Notes under the pieces: generated by a model
What the model saw: only the letters and a program-made list of their open reading frames with translations
Database searches by the model: none
Told to the model about the DNA's origin: nothing
Made by a program: the position numbers and the translations under genes
Source of the DNA: an uncultured Spirochaetia bacterium
Lineage (GTDB): Bacteria > Spirochaetota > Spirochaetia > SZUA-6 > Bin103
Assembly (NCBI GenBank): GCA_958296075.1
Contig: CATQHW010000005.1
Coordinates: 73,270-137,269, forward strand
Direction of reading: 5' to 3'
Length of the DNA stretch: 64,000 nt
Part shown: positions 25,862-34,883 of the stretch, in pieces
Numbering within the stretch: position 1 is the first letter of the stretch
Layout of the letters: each line of letters opens with the position of its first letter

Positions 25862-26872
25862 ATGCAGTGGGCTAGGCCGTGGACCTGGGCGCTCGCCGCG
25901 ACCGTCAGTCTGGCGCTGTTCGGAGTGGTCGCCACGCGGCTCGACGCGGCTTCCCTGGCCGCCGCGGCGGCTTCGTTTTCGTGGCCTCTCGTCGCGGCGG
26001 GGTCGGCGCTCCTGGTGGCGGCGCACCTGTTCGGCGCCCTGCGGACTCATCTGATCGCCGAGCGCGGCCCGTTTACCACCGCCATACGGGTCACTGCCTG
26101 GCATGCAGTCTGGCTGATCGCGCTGCCGATGCGCCTGGGAGAAGTGGCCTGGGTCGTGGCCATGCGCAAGGCCTACGGGTGGAACCCGGCCACGGCAGTC
26201 GTCTGCGCCCTGGTACAGCGGCTGCTGGACTTGGCGGTCATCGCCGCCTTCCTGCTGCTGGCGACGCCGGCGGTTCTCGGCCTGGGCCGGGATGGGGCGC
26301 CGCTGATCGCCGCCGCGGCCGCCACCGCCTGCGGGCTGGCGCTCGCCGGCGCCGTGACGCTGCGGGTCTGGCTGCGCCTGATCGCCCGGCTGGTGATCGC
26401 GACCGGCCGTCCGCGCGGTTGGCGATTGCGTGTTTTGCATCACCTGCGCCAAGGTCGGCGGTGGCTGGAAAGCGTCCATCATCGGCGCATCATGCGACTA
26501 TGCCTGATGCCTACGGCGCTGTCGTGGCTGGCGGTCTTCGGCGGCCATTGGCTTCTCTGCCAGGCGATCGGCCTGCAGGTGGCCGTGGCCGAACTCCTGT
26601 TCGCGGCCGCCGGCAGCAATCTGATAACGGCGCTCCCGGTGCAGTCCATCGGCGGGTTCGGGCTGATGGAGGTGGGGTTCACCGGCATCCTCGCCTGGTT
26701 CGGCTCCCCTGCCGATACCGCCGCTGTCGCCGCCCTGACAATTCGTTTCGCCACCTGGGTCGGGACCGGCCTGTTCTGGCTGATCGGCCTGCTGTCGGTA
26801 CGGGTGCGGCGCGGCGTTCAATGCCGCTCTCCGGCGATCGCCGGCGGTTTACTCCGGCAAGACGAGGAATGA
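25862..26872 (+). CDS. LPG_synthase_TM / UPF0104 flippase-like membrane protein (MprF N-terminal-domain family)
   Basis: 336 aa with about 8 TM helices. Motifs RLGEVAWVVAMRK and ALPVQSIGGFGLMEVGFTGILAWFG are typical of this family. Confidence 0.65.
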   Translation: MQWARPWTWALAATVSLALFGVVATRLDAASLAAAAASFSWPLVAAGSALLVAAHLFGALRTHLIAERGPFTTAIRVTAWHAVWLIALPMRLGEVAWVVAMRKAYGWNPATAVVCALVQRLLDLAVIAAFLLLATPAVLGLGRDGAPLIAAAAATACGLALAGAVTLRVWLRLIARLVIATGRPRGWRLRVLHHLRQGRRWLESVHHRRIMRLCLMPTALSWLAVFGGHWLLCQAIGLQVAVAELLFAAAGSNLITALPVQSIGGFGLMEVGFTGILAWFGSPADTAAVAALTIRFATWVGTGLFWLIGLLSVRVRRGVQCRSPAIAGGLLRQDEE

Positions 26873-27753
26873 ATTGGCGCGGCGGCAGTAACGGTAAGGC
26901 ATTCGACGCGGCGGCGCACAAGATCGAAGCGAGGCGCTTGCCCGCCAGGATCGCCGTGCTTTCGATCGACGTGGAGCACGACTACAACGGCGACGGAAGT
27001 GCGGCGTTGAACCGGCTGCCCGATCTGCTGACCGCGGTGAGGAGCGCAGGTCTGCCGTTGACGGCGTTCGTGGAAGGCCGCCTGTTCGTCGAACGCCCGG
27101 ATATCTGTACCTGCCTGGTCGAGGCCGATGCTGACCTGCACCTCCATTGCCATGACCATAGACATCCGGGTGATACGGCGGAGAGCCTGGCGGCGGGCAT
27201 CGACGCTTTCGGGAGTTTCATCGGCGCCGCGCCGCGCGGGTATCGTGCGAACACCTACGGCTTGACGGAAGAGATATTTCAAGAGCTCGTGGCGGCAGGC
27301 TTCGCCTGGGATTCCTCCATCCTGCCGGGAATCGGCCTCGGCTGCCGGCCGGACGCTGCGTTTCGACGCGGCGACTGGTTTCTGTTCGACGACTCGCTGG
27401 CGGAGTATCCGGTGGCGAGCTGGCGGTTCGGGAACCTGAGAACCATCCCCTTTATCTGCTCCTATCGGCAACTGATAGGACCGTTTGCGGAGTCGCTGCT
27501 CGAGCGCGTGGCGACGTTGCCCGAGCTGGTGATATATGACATGCACATGGTCGATCTCGTGCCGGACGGCCGCCTCCGGAGGTCACCGCTGCCGCTGTGG
27601 TTGAAGGGCGCCCACGCGCTGACGCGGTGGCGCCAGCGGGGATTCGAAGACCTGGCGGCCCTGGGCCAGCGCTTGCGCCGCCAAGGCTATCGCTGGACCA
27701 CGATGACGGCGTTACATGAATTGTCGATGGAGAACCAGGGAAGCGGTGTATGA
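26869..27753 (+). CDS. polysaccharide deacetylase (CE4 / NodB-fold) family protein
   Basis: In-frame ATG at 26869 overlaps the upstream stop (ATGA). Motifs VLSIDVEHDY (motif 1 type DVED), LHLHCHDHRHP (His pair) and GYRANTYGL (motif 3). No signal peptide is visible. Confidence 0.7.
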   Translation: MNWRGGSNGKAFDAAAHKIEARRLPARIAVLSIDVEHDYNGDGSAALNRLPDLLTAVRSAGLPLTAFVEGRLFVERPDICTCLVEADADLHLHCHDHRHPGDTAESLAAGIDAFGSFIGAAPRGYRANTYGLTEEIFQELVAAGFAWDSSILPGIGLGCRPDAAFRRGDWFLFDDSLAEYPVASWRFGNLRTIPFICSYRQLIGPFAESLLERVATLPELVIYDMHMVDLVPDGRLRRSPLPLWLKGAHALTRWRQRGFEDLAALGQRLRRQGYRWTTMTALHELSMENQGSGV

Positions 27754-27777
27754 GCTCAAGACCGGGTCTGTCGGCGG

Positions 27778-30700
27778 TCACCTCCGCACGTTGTCTTCCG
27801 CGCGGCGCGGCGGGTACGACGGCTGCAGGAGGTACGGCTCCTCGTTCGGAAGCAGCGAGAGCGTGGCGGTCTCCGTAAACGCGGGGATGCGGCCGACGAC
27901 CTTGCCGTTCTGCGTGACCTCCACCGGTGCGTCGAACCAATCGGTCGGCCGCCTGAATATCAACGTCAACGGCTGATCGAACCGGTCATTGTCCAGACCG
28001 TCCGCCAGCACGAACTCGATCCGGCGCGTCACTCCGTCCCGTTCGATCACCTGCATGGTAACCTCGGCGTTCTCCCGTTCCCGCAGGTAGAGAACCACGT
28101 CGTTCATCGGGGCGACCCAGAAGTCGCGGGCGGCGATGGCTCGAAGGTCCGCCTGAAAGTCTTCCCAGTCGTAGAATCCCCAGCCCTCTCGGCTGCCGAT
28201 ATTGTGGTACACGGGAATGATCCAGGCCGTACTGTGGAGCGCGTGGTCCAGGATGGGGACCAGCTCTCGGGTGTCGTTGATGCACCAGTCGCACTGCCGG
28301 AAGTCGATGCTCTCCATGGTCAGGGCGGGCAGGAAGAACCAGTTATCGGGGGTCGTTTCGGAATCGGGAACGATGTACGGGGTCTGATCCGCCATCCAGA
28401 ACGACAGGCGGCCGGCCAGAAAACCCGCGTCGGCCAGCGCCTGCTGGGTCTCCGCTTCGCCGCCGGCCCCGCGCGGATAGGCGTAGGCTACCGGCTCCAA
28501 CCCCAGGCGCTCCATCACCTCGAAGGAGAGTCGGAACGAATCGTAGGCCTGAGCGTAGGTGAGGGCGTCGTGGTCGACGTGCCAGTGCCCGTGCCCGAAG
28601 AAGCCGAACCCGTGGGCGGTGAGCGACAGAGCGTACTCGATCTGATCGTCGGTCAGGCGGTCGTACAGGTCGCCGGGAACGACGTCCGGGATGAGCTCCG
28701 TCAAGTCGTGCTCGACCCAATCGGGCACCCGGTCTTGGTACATCTGGGTGACCATCTCGTAGTCCAGCACCAGCCCCAGGTCCAGTGCCAGGTCGTCGAC
28801 GGCGTTGGGCGCCCGCGGCGAGCCGTCGTACGTGACGGAGATGGCCGCGTCGTGGTCGTCGAACCACTTCGCTATGGTGATCTCCGGAGAATGGGGAGGC
28901 GGCTTGCTGACCGTGAACGCCGCCTCCCAGAGCTGCTCCCCGCCGCCGCCGGCGGCATACTGGCCGGTGCGGATGCTGGCGATTTCATAGGCGGGAAGCG
29001 GGACCTCCGCCCGGCATCTCCCGTCTGACGCCAAGCCGCGGTTGCGGAATTCGAAGTCCAGGCTATCGAACCCATGCTCCCGGCGATGCGCGGGCAGGTC
29101 GGCGGCGGCGGCCGGTCGGAGGTGCAGGAAGAACTCCGCCTGCGCGTCCCGCGCGGCGCACGGTTCCTTGCGGTAGACCAGCGTGTTCCCGAGCAGGTAG
29201 ACGGCGAAGTCCGGTCGCACCGCCGGTACGACCAGCGTCACGTTCCAGAGCTGCCCGGCGCGCGGCGTAAACTGGCCGGTTGCCAAGCGGGCGACCGGGA
29301 AGTCGGGAAGATCGCGCACCGCTACGCAGAGCCCGCGGTAGCGAAACCCGTGGCGGTCGAAGTCGAAGTCCAGGTTGTGGAACGAGTACCCGGAGACGGG
29401 GAGGTCGTGGTAGTTGCCCGGCACGACGTGCAGGAAGAACCTTGCCTCGACGTCAGCGTCTCGACACCCGTTCTTCGTGAAGATCAGCCGGTCGGCGGCG
29501 GCGTCCAGGTACACCGTGAATTCGGAGCGAAGGCCGATGCTGGCATCTTTCAGAAGCGGCTGCGTGATGCCGCCCGCGTCCAGTGGCGCAGTCGGCGCGC
29601 TGCGGCGCAGGATGACGCCATCATCCAGGGCGGCCACGACCGCCATTCCCGGCATCCGCAGCAATGTCTCCAGACCGTAGCCATAGCGCCCGGAGTCCCG
29701 ATAGAACCAGGCGACGTAGCGCTCCCGGCCGGCGGCCTCCTCCGCGGAGAGCCGAGCCCACGCTCGCGAAAGCTCCTGCGGAAGCTGGTAAGCGCCGGTA
29801 TCCGCCGCCGTCAGAAGGTAGATCGCGGCGCCGTCGGTGCCGTGGATGGCGCCCTGGGGGCGGCCGGCATTCAGGTAACGAACCACGTCGGACTCCGACC
29901 ACTGCCGCGACGCGTAGCCGCCGCCGGTCGCACGCCGCTGTTCGACGTGATCGGCAGTCGCTCCGGCCTGCGGCGCGAGCCACAGCGCGACCAGCAGTGC
30001 GGCGGCGAGTGGCCGCCGCGCCAGCCATCGTCCCGCCGGTCGAACCCGGGAGATCAGCTCATCCAGGACCAGGGTTGCCGTTACCAGCAACGGCGGGAAC
30101 ATCGGCGTCAGGTGCCTGAGCTCGAGCGCGGCGCCGCCTGCGGGAAGGGCGATCAGCAGATAGAGCGCGTACGCCGAAACGAACACGAGAGGGACGGACA
30201 CGTAGGAAATGGCCGTCGCCGTGTGATTTCCCCGCAGGAATCGGCAGCGGCGCCGCGCGAGCGCGTACCCGACGCCGGCCACCGGTACCAGCAGGACGGC
30301 GATCCGCAACGCGACCGCGGGCACGCCGGCACCCGGCATTCCCGCGGCCAACCGGTCCAACAGCCCGAGTCCGGTTCGTCCAATGAGCCACAGGATGAAC
30401 TCACCGGTGGCGGTGTGGAGACTCCGCAGCGGCAGGAATCCGCCGGGACTGGCCGTTCCAAAGGACGCTCCGCTCACGACCAGATTTCCCACCAGCCATG
30501 CGCCGATGGGTGCCGCCGATACGCCGATCCAGACCGCCGCGGCCGCCAGCCTGCTGCGCGCTACGGTGGTTCTCCGTACCAGCAGGAGCAACGCGCCACT
30601 GCCGATCAGAGTCACGCCGGCATAGTGTGTCAGGCCGGCGGCCGCGGCCGCCGCCGCCGCCAGGACGAGGAGCGGCCTCCTGCCCGTGCGCAGAAAGCGG

Positions 30701-32685
30701 TCCAGCGTGGACAGCGACACGACGGCGAACAGGATGAAGGGGATTTCGGGCCACACGTGCGCCGCCACGCCGGCCAGCGAGGTCGACAGGGCGCAGGCGC
30801 AGCCCGCCCAGACGGCCACCAACCGAAACCGAACGCGGCTTCTCACCCACGCGGCGACGGCGTACGCCGTCAGACCGAAGGCGGCGGCATTGAGGTATCC
30901 CGCCGCCGTGACCAGGTCCGCACCGAACAGGCCGGCAGCCGCCAGGGTCACCGGGAAGAGCGGGCCCGCTTCCCGAAACGGGGTGCCGAGGAACGTGACC
31001 AGCCCAGCGCCGTCCAGCAGATTGCGCGCGGCCGACACGTAGAGCGCCGAGTCGGACGTCAGCCCTGGCCCGTAGGCGGTTTCCCACAGCAGAATCAGCA
31101 GCGCACCGACCCCGCCGAGCGCCGCCAGGAACATCGGCAACCCGTCGAGCCGGGCTGCGTGGCGAACGATGCTGCTGCCCGCCAGGGCGCGCCGTGCGGC
31201 GCTCGCGGCGCGTTTGGTGGTGTCCATCTCCATGACCGCCGCGAGCGCGTAGCACAGCGCCAGCGCGTACGGCAGGAACAGGTAGCGGGCGCGGCGATAC
31301 ATCAGATCGTCGGGTATCAGGAGGTGCACGGCGGCGAGCGCCATGAGCGCCGCGATCCACCACGTGCGGCGCAGCAGCGCCGGCCGGTTCCGGCGAGCCT
31401 GCAGGGTAGCGAAGCAGGCGGCCGCGGCGCAGGAGAGGGCCGCGACCCACGTCAGGATTCTGCCGGCCCGCACGCTCCCCAGCCCCATCTGCCAGTACGG
31501 CTCGAAATGCACGACCAGCGGGGCTCCCGCCGGCGCGCGATACCGGTCCGCATACTCGGGAATCGGCAGCCGGCGAGTCAGTTGCTCGAGACCGGGGACG
31601 TCCGTGACGAACTCCCGAACCGTCTGGATCAGGACACCGAGCACTTTGCTGCTCAAGACCCTCCACGTCAGCGCGTCCTGCGGCGCCCCTTCGCATGCTG
31701 CGCGCCACGCGAACCAGTCGGGAACGAGACACGCCTCGAGCGCCATCTTGGCCGCCTGACCCAGGGCGTAGGCAGCGGCGAAACCGGCGATATAGAGCCC
31801 AACGCACCCGCCGGCCAGCCGTGCCCGGCCGGCGGGTGCGGGTTGGTGGTCGTATCCGAAATAGACCAGCATGCCGATGAGCGTGACCATCACGATGCCG
31901 TGTCCGTCGCCCAACCACAGGTATGACGAAACCATGCCGGCGGCGAAGCAGACCAGCCGCGTCAGCCGCAGGCGGGTCTCCGGCGGTGTCGGAGACGGCA
32001 GCCGCGCGCGCATGGCGACGACCAGCGCGACGGACGTCCATACCGCCCAGGCGTACGGTATGCCGATGGCGACGCCTGACAACCAGCGGATGCCGGAGAA
32101 CAGGCAGCCGAAGACGATCAGCGGCGCAAGGATGGCCAGCGTCCGGGGCGCGAGCAGCAGCAGCGCCGCCGCCAGCGCGATCCAACCGGCGTACGCGGCA
32201 TACCGTATCAGGATGCGGATGTCCTGCACGGAAAGGCTGCGCAGCATGACGGCATAGAGCGCCTTGCTGCCCCACCAGTATTGCGTTGAGGAGAAATATT
32301 CGTCTACGTAGAGCCCGTTTACCGCGTCCGCCAACTCGCCGCAGTAATCGTAGTAATCGCCTCGCGGCGCCAACACCTTCGGCAGCAGAGCGTCGCGGAA
32401 TCCGTTGCCGCCCTCGGCGAGCGGCTGGTGCGCTCCGGCCAGGACCATCGCCGACAGCTTGCAGTCCTCGAATGGTGTATTGAATCCTGCCGCGAAGCCC
32501 TCGTCCGGCCGATCGGTCGCGATCTCGGCGGCGAACTTCTGCACCGCGGCGCGAAAGTAGATCTGGTTGCCGAGGTGGTGCAGGAAGATGAACAGCGCCG
32601 TGCCGAGTAGCGCCGTCGCCGTATAGACGGCGACCGGCGCGAGGGGCGAGCGCCGCCGCGGCGCCCGCCCCTCGTCCGCGCCCAT
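27778..32685 (-). CDS. 1635-aa multidomain membrane protein: unknown polytopic module + GT-C glycosyltransferase + 2 Cys-repeat modules + CE4 deacetylase domain
   Basis: I chose the ATG at 32685-32683 because it shares one base with the GT2 stop (TGATG).
- About 32685-31200: unknown TM module.
- About 31150-29540: colinear with the 786-aa GT-C protein, roughly 50% identity by eye (GLTSDSALYVSAARNLLDGAG; VAVWAGCACALS).
- About 29535-28905: two repeat modules (FFLHVVPGNYHDLP, FFLHLRPAAAADLP).
- 28880-27778: CE4 motifs ISVTYDG, HGHWHVDH, AYPRGAG. Confidence 0.75.
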   Translation of the reverse strand: MGADEGRAPRRRSPLAPVAVYTATALLGTALFIFLHHLGNQIYFRAAVQKFAAEIATDRPDEGFAAGFNTPFEDCKLSAMVLAGAHQPLAEGGNGFRDALLPKVLAPRGDYYDYCGELADAVNGLYVDEYFSSTQYWWGSKALYAVMLRSLSVQDIRILIRYAAYAGWIALAAALLLLAPRTLAILAPLIVFGCLFSGIRWLSGVAIGIPYAWAVWTSVALVVAMRARLPSPTPPETRLRLTRLVCFAAGMVSSYLWLGDGHGIVMVTLIGMLVYFGYDHQPAPAGRARLAGGCVGLYIAGFAAAYALGQAAKMALEACLVPDWFAWRAACEGAPQDALTWRVLSSKVLGVLIQTVREFVTDVPGLEQLTRRLPIPEYADRYRAPAGAPLVVHFEPYWQMGLGSVRAGRILTWVAALSCAAAACFATLQARRNRPALLRRTWWIAALMALAAVHLLIPDDLMYRRARYLFLPYALALCYALAAVMEMDTTKRAASAARRALAGSSIVRHAARLDGLPMFLAALGGVGALLILLWETAYGPGLTSDSALYVSAARNLLDGAGLVTFLGTPFREAGPLFPVTLAAAGLFGADLVTAAGYLNAAAFGLTAYAVAAWVRSRVRFRLVAVWAGCACALSTSLAGVAAHVWPEIPFILFAVVSLSTLDRFLRTGRRPLLVLAAAAAAAAGLTHYAGVTLIGSGALLLLVRRTTVARSRLAAAAVWIGVSAAPIGAWLVGNLVVSGASFGTASPGGFLPLRSLHTATGEFILWLIGRTGLGLLDRLAAGMPGAGVPAVALRIAVLLVPVAGVGYALARRRCRFLRGNHTATAISYVSVPLVFVSAYALYLLIALPAGGAALELRHLTPMFPPLLVTATLVLDELISRVRPAGRWLARRPLAAALLVALWLAPQAGATADHVEQRRATGGGYASRQWSESDVVRYLNAGRPQGAIHGTDGAAIYLLTAADTGAYQLPQELSRAWARLSAEEAAGRERYVAWFYRDSGRYGYGLETLLRMPGMAVVAALDDGVILRRSAPTAPLDAGGITQPLLKDASIGLRSEFTVYLDAAADRLIFTKNGCRDADVEARFFLHVVPGNYHDLPVSGYSFHNLDFDFDRHGFRYRGLCVAVRDLPDFPVARLATGQFTPRAGQLWNVTLVVPAVRPDFAVYLLGNTLVYRKEPCAARDAQAEFFLHLRPAAAADLPAHRREHGFDSLDFEFRNRGLASDGRCRAEVPLPAYEIASIRTGQYAAGGGGEQLWEAAFTVSKPPPHSPEITIAKWFDDHDAAISVTYDGSPRAPNAVDDLALDLGLVLDYEMVTQMYQDRVPDWVEHDLTELIPDVVPGDLYDRLTDDQIEYALSLTAHGFGFFGHGHWHVDHDALTYAQAYDSFRLSFEVMERLGLEPVAYAYPRGAGGEAETQQALADAGFLAGRLSFWMADQTPYIVPDSETTPDNWFFLPALTMESIDFRQCDWCINDTRELVPILDHALHSTAWIIPVYHNIGSREGWGFYDWEDFQADLRAIAARDFWVAPMNDVVLYLRERENAEVTMQVIERDGVTRRIEFVLADGLDNDRFDQPLTLIFRRPTDWFDAPVEVTQNGKVVGRIPAFTETATLSLLPNEEPYLLQPSYPPRRAEDNVRR

Positions 32686-33872
32686 CACCGCTCGCGCGTC
32701 GACCCGCGCATGGTCCCCTGCGTCGCCAGCAGCGCGTAGAAAAAGGCGGAGAATATCAGCTCCACGCCACAGATCAGGAGCGTAACGGACGGAACCGCCG
32801 CGCGCATCCGCACCTCGATGTTCGGGCTGCCCATCTGTGCCCATACGAACAGGCTCCAGATGCTTCCCGCCGCTCCCACCAGCACCAGAATGATCCCCGT
32901 CACCACGCCGACGTCCAGGAGCAGGCCGCTCTTCGGGTTCAGCCGCGCCGACCAGCGTCCGTCAGACAGACCGATGTTCTCGCAGAACGCGCTCGCCAGT
33001 AGTGCGAAGATGATCAGTTGCAACCCGCACACCACGAACGCCGCGCCGAACAGCATGGTGTACGATCCGTAGCTGCCGCCCGCTTCCACGGGGTACAGAA
33101 TCGGTATGAGTATCGCCAGCGCTCCGGCCGCGAACAGCATACATCCCGGATAGAGATACAGCCAGCGGGGCGACAGCATCAACAGGAGCCGAAGATGACG
33201 CCAGCCGTCCCGCCACACTCGCAGGTGCGAAGCGCGCTCCGGATCGAGCGCGTGGCGCTGTACCACCGGCACTTCGGCTATGCGCATGTCGGCCTTCACG
33301 GCCTTGACGATCATCTCGCTGGCCGCCTCCATGCCCGGGCACCGCAGCGCAAGGGAGCGCGCGCTGCAAGTCTTGAATCCCCGCAGACCGCAGTTGAAGT
33401 CCCTGACCGGCGAGCGGAACAGCACCTTGCCGACGCCGGACAGGACCGCGGTGCCGGCGTTGCGCAATCGGCTCGATGCGGCGACGCCGGCCGCGAACCG
33501 GTTCCCGAACACGAAGTCGTAGCCTTCGCGCAGCTTTTCGTAGTACGGCTCCAGCGATCCCAGGTCGTGCTCGCCGTCGCCGTCTCCCAGGATGATGAAG
33601 CGGCCGCGGGCGGCGTCGATGCCGGCGTTGATCGCGTTGCCGTATCCCGGACGCGACTCGACGACGACCCGCGCGCCGGCGCCTTGGGCCAGATCGGCCG
33701 AGCGGTCGCGGCTGTCGTTGTCGACCACGACGACCTCTCCGTCGATGCCGTTCCGGTCCAGGAAGCCGCGGGCTTCGCCGACGCAGTGAGCGATCGAGCC
33801 CTCCTCGTTGCGGCACAGGATCACGATCGTGAGGTCGTGCCGCGCTCGCGACGGACCGGCGGGTTCGGGCAT
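32685..33872 (-). CDS. GT2 glycosyltransferase with C-terminal TM helices (polyprenyl-phosphate sugar synthase type: ArnC/GtrB/CsbB/DPM1-like)
   Basis: LTIVILCRNEEGSI, VVVDNDSRDRS, GYGNAINAGI and IILGDGDGEHD (the DxD). About 4 C-terminal TM helices are present. Confidence 0.8.
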   Translation of the reverse strand: MPEPAGPSRARHDLTIVILCRNEEGSIAHCVGEARGFLDRNGIDGEVVVVDNDSRDRSADLAQGAGARVVVESRPGYGNAINAGIDAARGRFIILGDGDGEHDLGSLEPYYEKLREGYDFVFGNRFAAGVAASSRLRNAGTAVLSGVGKVLFRSPVRDFNCGLRGFKTCSARSLALRCPGMEAASEMIVKAVKADMRIAEVPVVQRHALDPERASHLRVWRDGWRHLRLLLMLSPRWLYLYPGCMLFAAGALAILIPILYPVEAGGSYGSYTMLFGAAFVVCGLQLIIFALLASAFCENIGLSDGRWSARLNPKSGLLLDVGVVTGIILVLVGAAGSIWSLFVWAQMGSPNIEVRMRAAVPSVTLLICGVELIFSAFFYALLATQGTMRGSTRER

Positions 33873-33878
33873 GGCGGA

Positions 33879-34883
33879 TCAGGACTCCGGAGGAGCGATG
33901 TCGGCGGCGTGAACCCAGCCGAAGTTGCGGTAGCTGCCGCGTACGCGCACGTCGTACCAGTCGCCCACGCGGCCCAGCACCGACAGCCGGTCGCCCGGCC
34001 GCAGATGCAGCCGCACCCCGGACCGGCGGTCGGGGGATGCGTGAACGGCGATGCCGGCGCGCGGCGAGCGCAGGAATTCGGTCCGCGGCGCCACGAGCGA
34101 TTGGCGGTCGTGCGGGTCGCGCTGCTCCAGGTAGGCCAGCAGGCCGTCGGCAAGCCCGCGCGCCGCCGCCTCCGGCCGCTCGTGCAGGAACGCGCGGTCG
34201 CGGGCGTTGCTCAGGTAGCCGAGCTCGAAGATCGTCGCCGGTGTGGTGGGGGCGATGGCGTGCCGGTAGCGGCCGCTGAAGGCGTAGTAACCGCGCATGT
34301 TGATGGTGATTCCGTTCAGGTCCTCCGGCAGGCCGGTGGCCGGCCCGTAGTGGTCGCGCAGCGCAGCGACCAGCAGGCGCGAGGCCGGGGAGGCGTACCA
34401 CGGCGGCGACGCCTTGTAGCCGCGCACGTCGGTATTCGTGCTGCCGTCGGCATGGATTGCCACGAAGGCGTCGGCGTCGAATCCCGGCGGGATGGTGGCC
34501 GGCAGCACCTCGACCACGACGCCTTCGGCCTCCAGGATGGCAGCGACCGCGTGGACCACCGCGCGGTTGATCTCCACCTCACCGATGCCGCCGGCATACG
34601 CCCCGGTAGAGTTGCGCAGACGGCGCAACTCGTCCGGCAGCAGCGCCGCGTCCAGGTGCCCGATCTGCAGGCCGACCCGCCACGGCGCATCGGCGCCGCG
34701 CACCGCGGCCGGCTGGCCGGCGGTTTCGCCGCCGCGCGGCGCGGCGGACCGGGCGGGCTGGCTACGGAAATACAGGATCGCCCACGAGACCGTCGCGGCG
34801 GCCACCAGGACGAGCACCGCGGCAGCGGCCGGCCGCACGCGCGTAACGGACTTCACGGACCCCGACAGTATAATGCCGTTCAT
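33879..34883 (-). CDS. membrane-anchored N-acetylmuramoyl-L-alanine amidase (Amidase_3) with C-terminal SH3b domain
   Basis: N-terminal anchor AAAAVLVLVAAATVSWAILYF. Amidase_3 motifs LQIGH, EVEINRAVVHAV and FVAIHADGS. The C-terminal GDRLSVLGRVGDWYDVRVRG...GWVHAADI is SH3b-like. An alternative GTG start lies at 34856. Confidence 0.75.
   Translation of the reverse strand: MNGIILSGSVKSVTRVRPAAAAVLVLVAAATVSWAILYFRSQPARSAAPRGGETAGQPAAVRGADAPWRVGLQIGHLDAALLPDELRRLRNSTGAYAGGIGEVEINRAVVHAVAAILEAEGVVVEVLPATIPPGFDADAFVAIHADGSTNTDVRGYKASPPWYASPASRLLVAALRDHYGPATGLPEDLNGITINMRGYYAFSGRYRHAIAPTTPATIFELGYLSNARDRAFLHERPEAAARGLADGLLAYLEQRDPHDRQSLVAPRTEFLRSPRAGIAVHASPDRRSGVRLHLRPGDRLSVLGRVGDWYDVRVRGSYRNFGWVHAADIAPPES

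Noticed and set aside
32686-32844. An upstream start for the giant ORF (1688 aa from 32844).
   Set aside because: The extra 53 codons overlap the 3' end of the GT2 gene in another frame and read as Arg/Gly-rich filler. The ATG at 32685 gives the TGATG stop/start junction typical of coupled genes.
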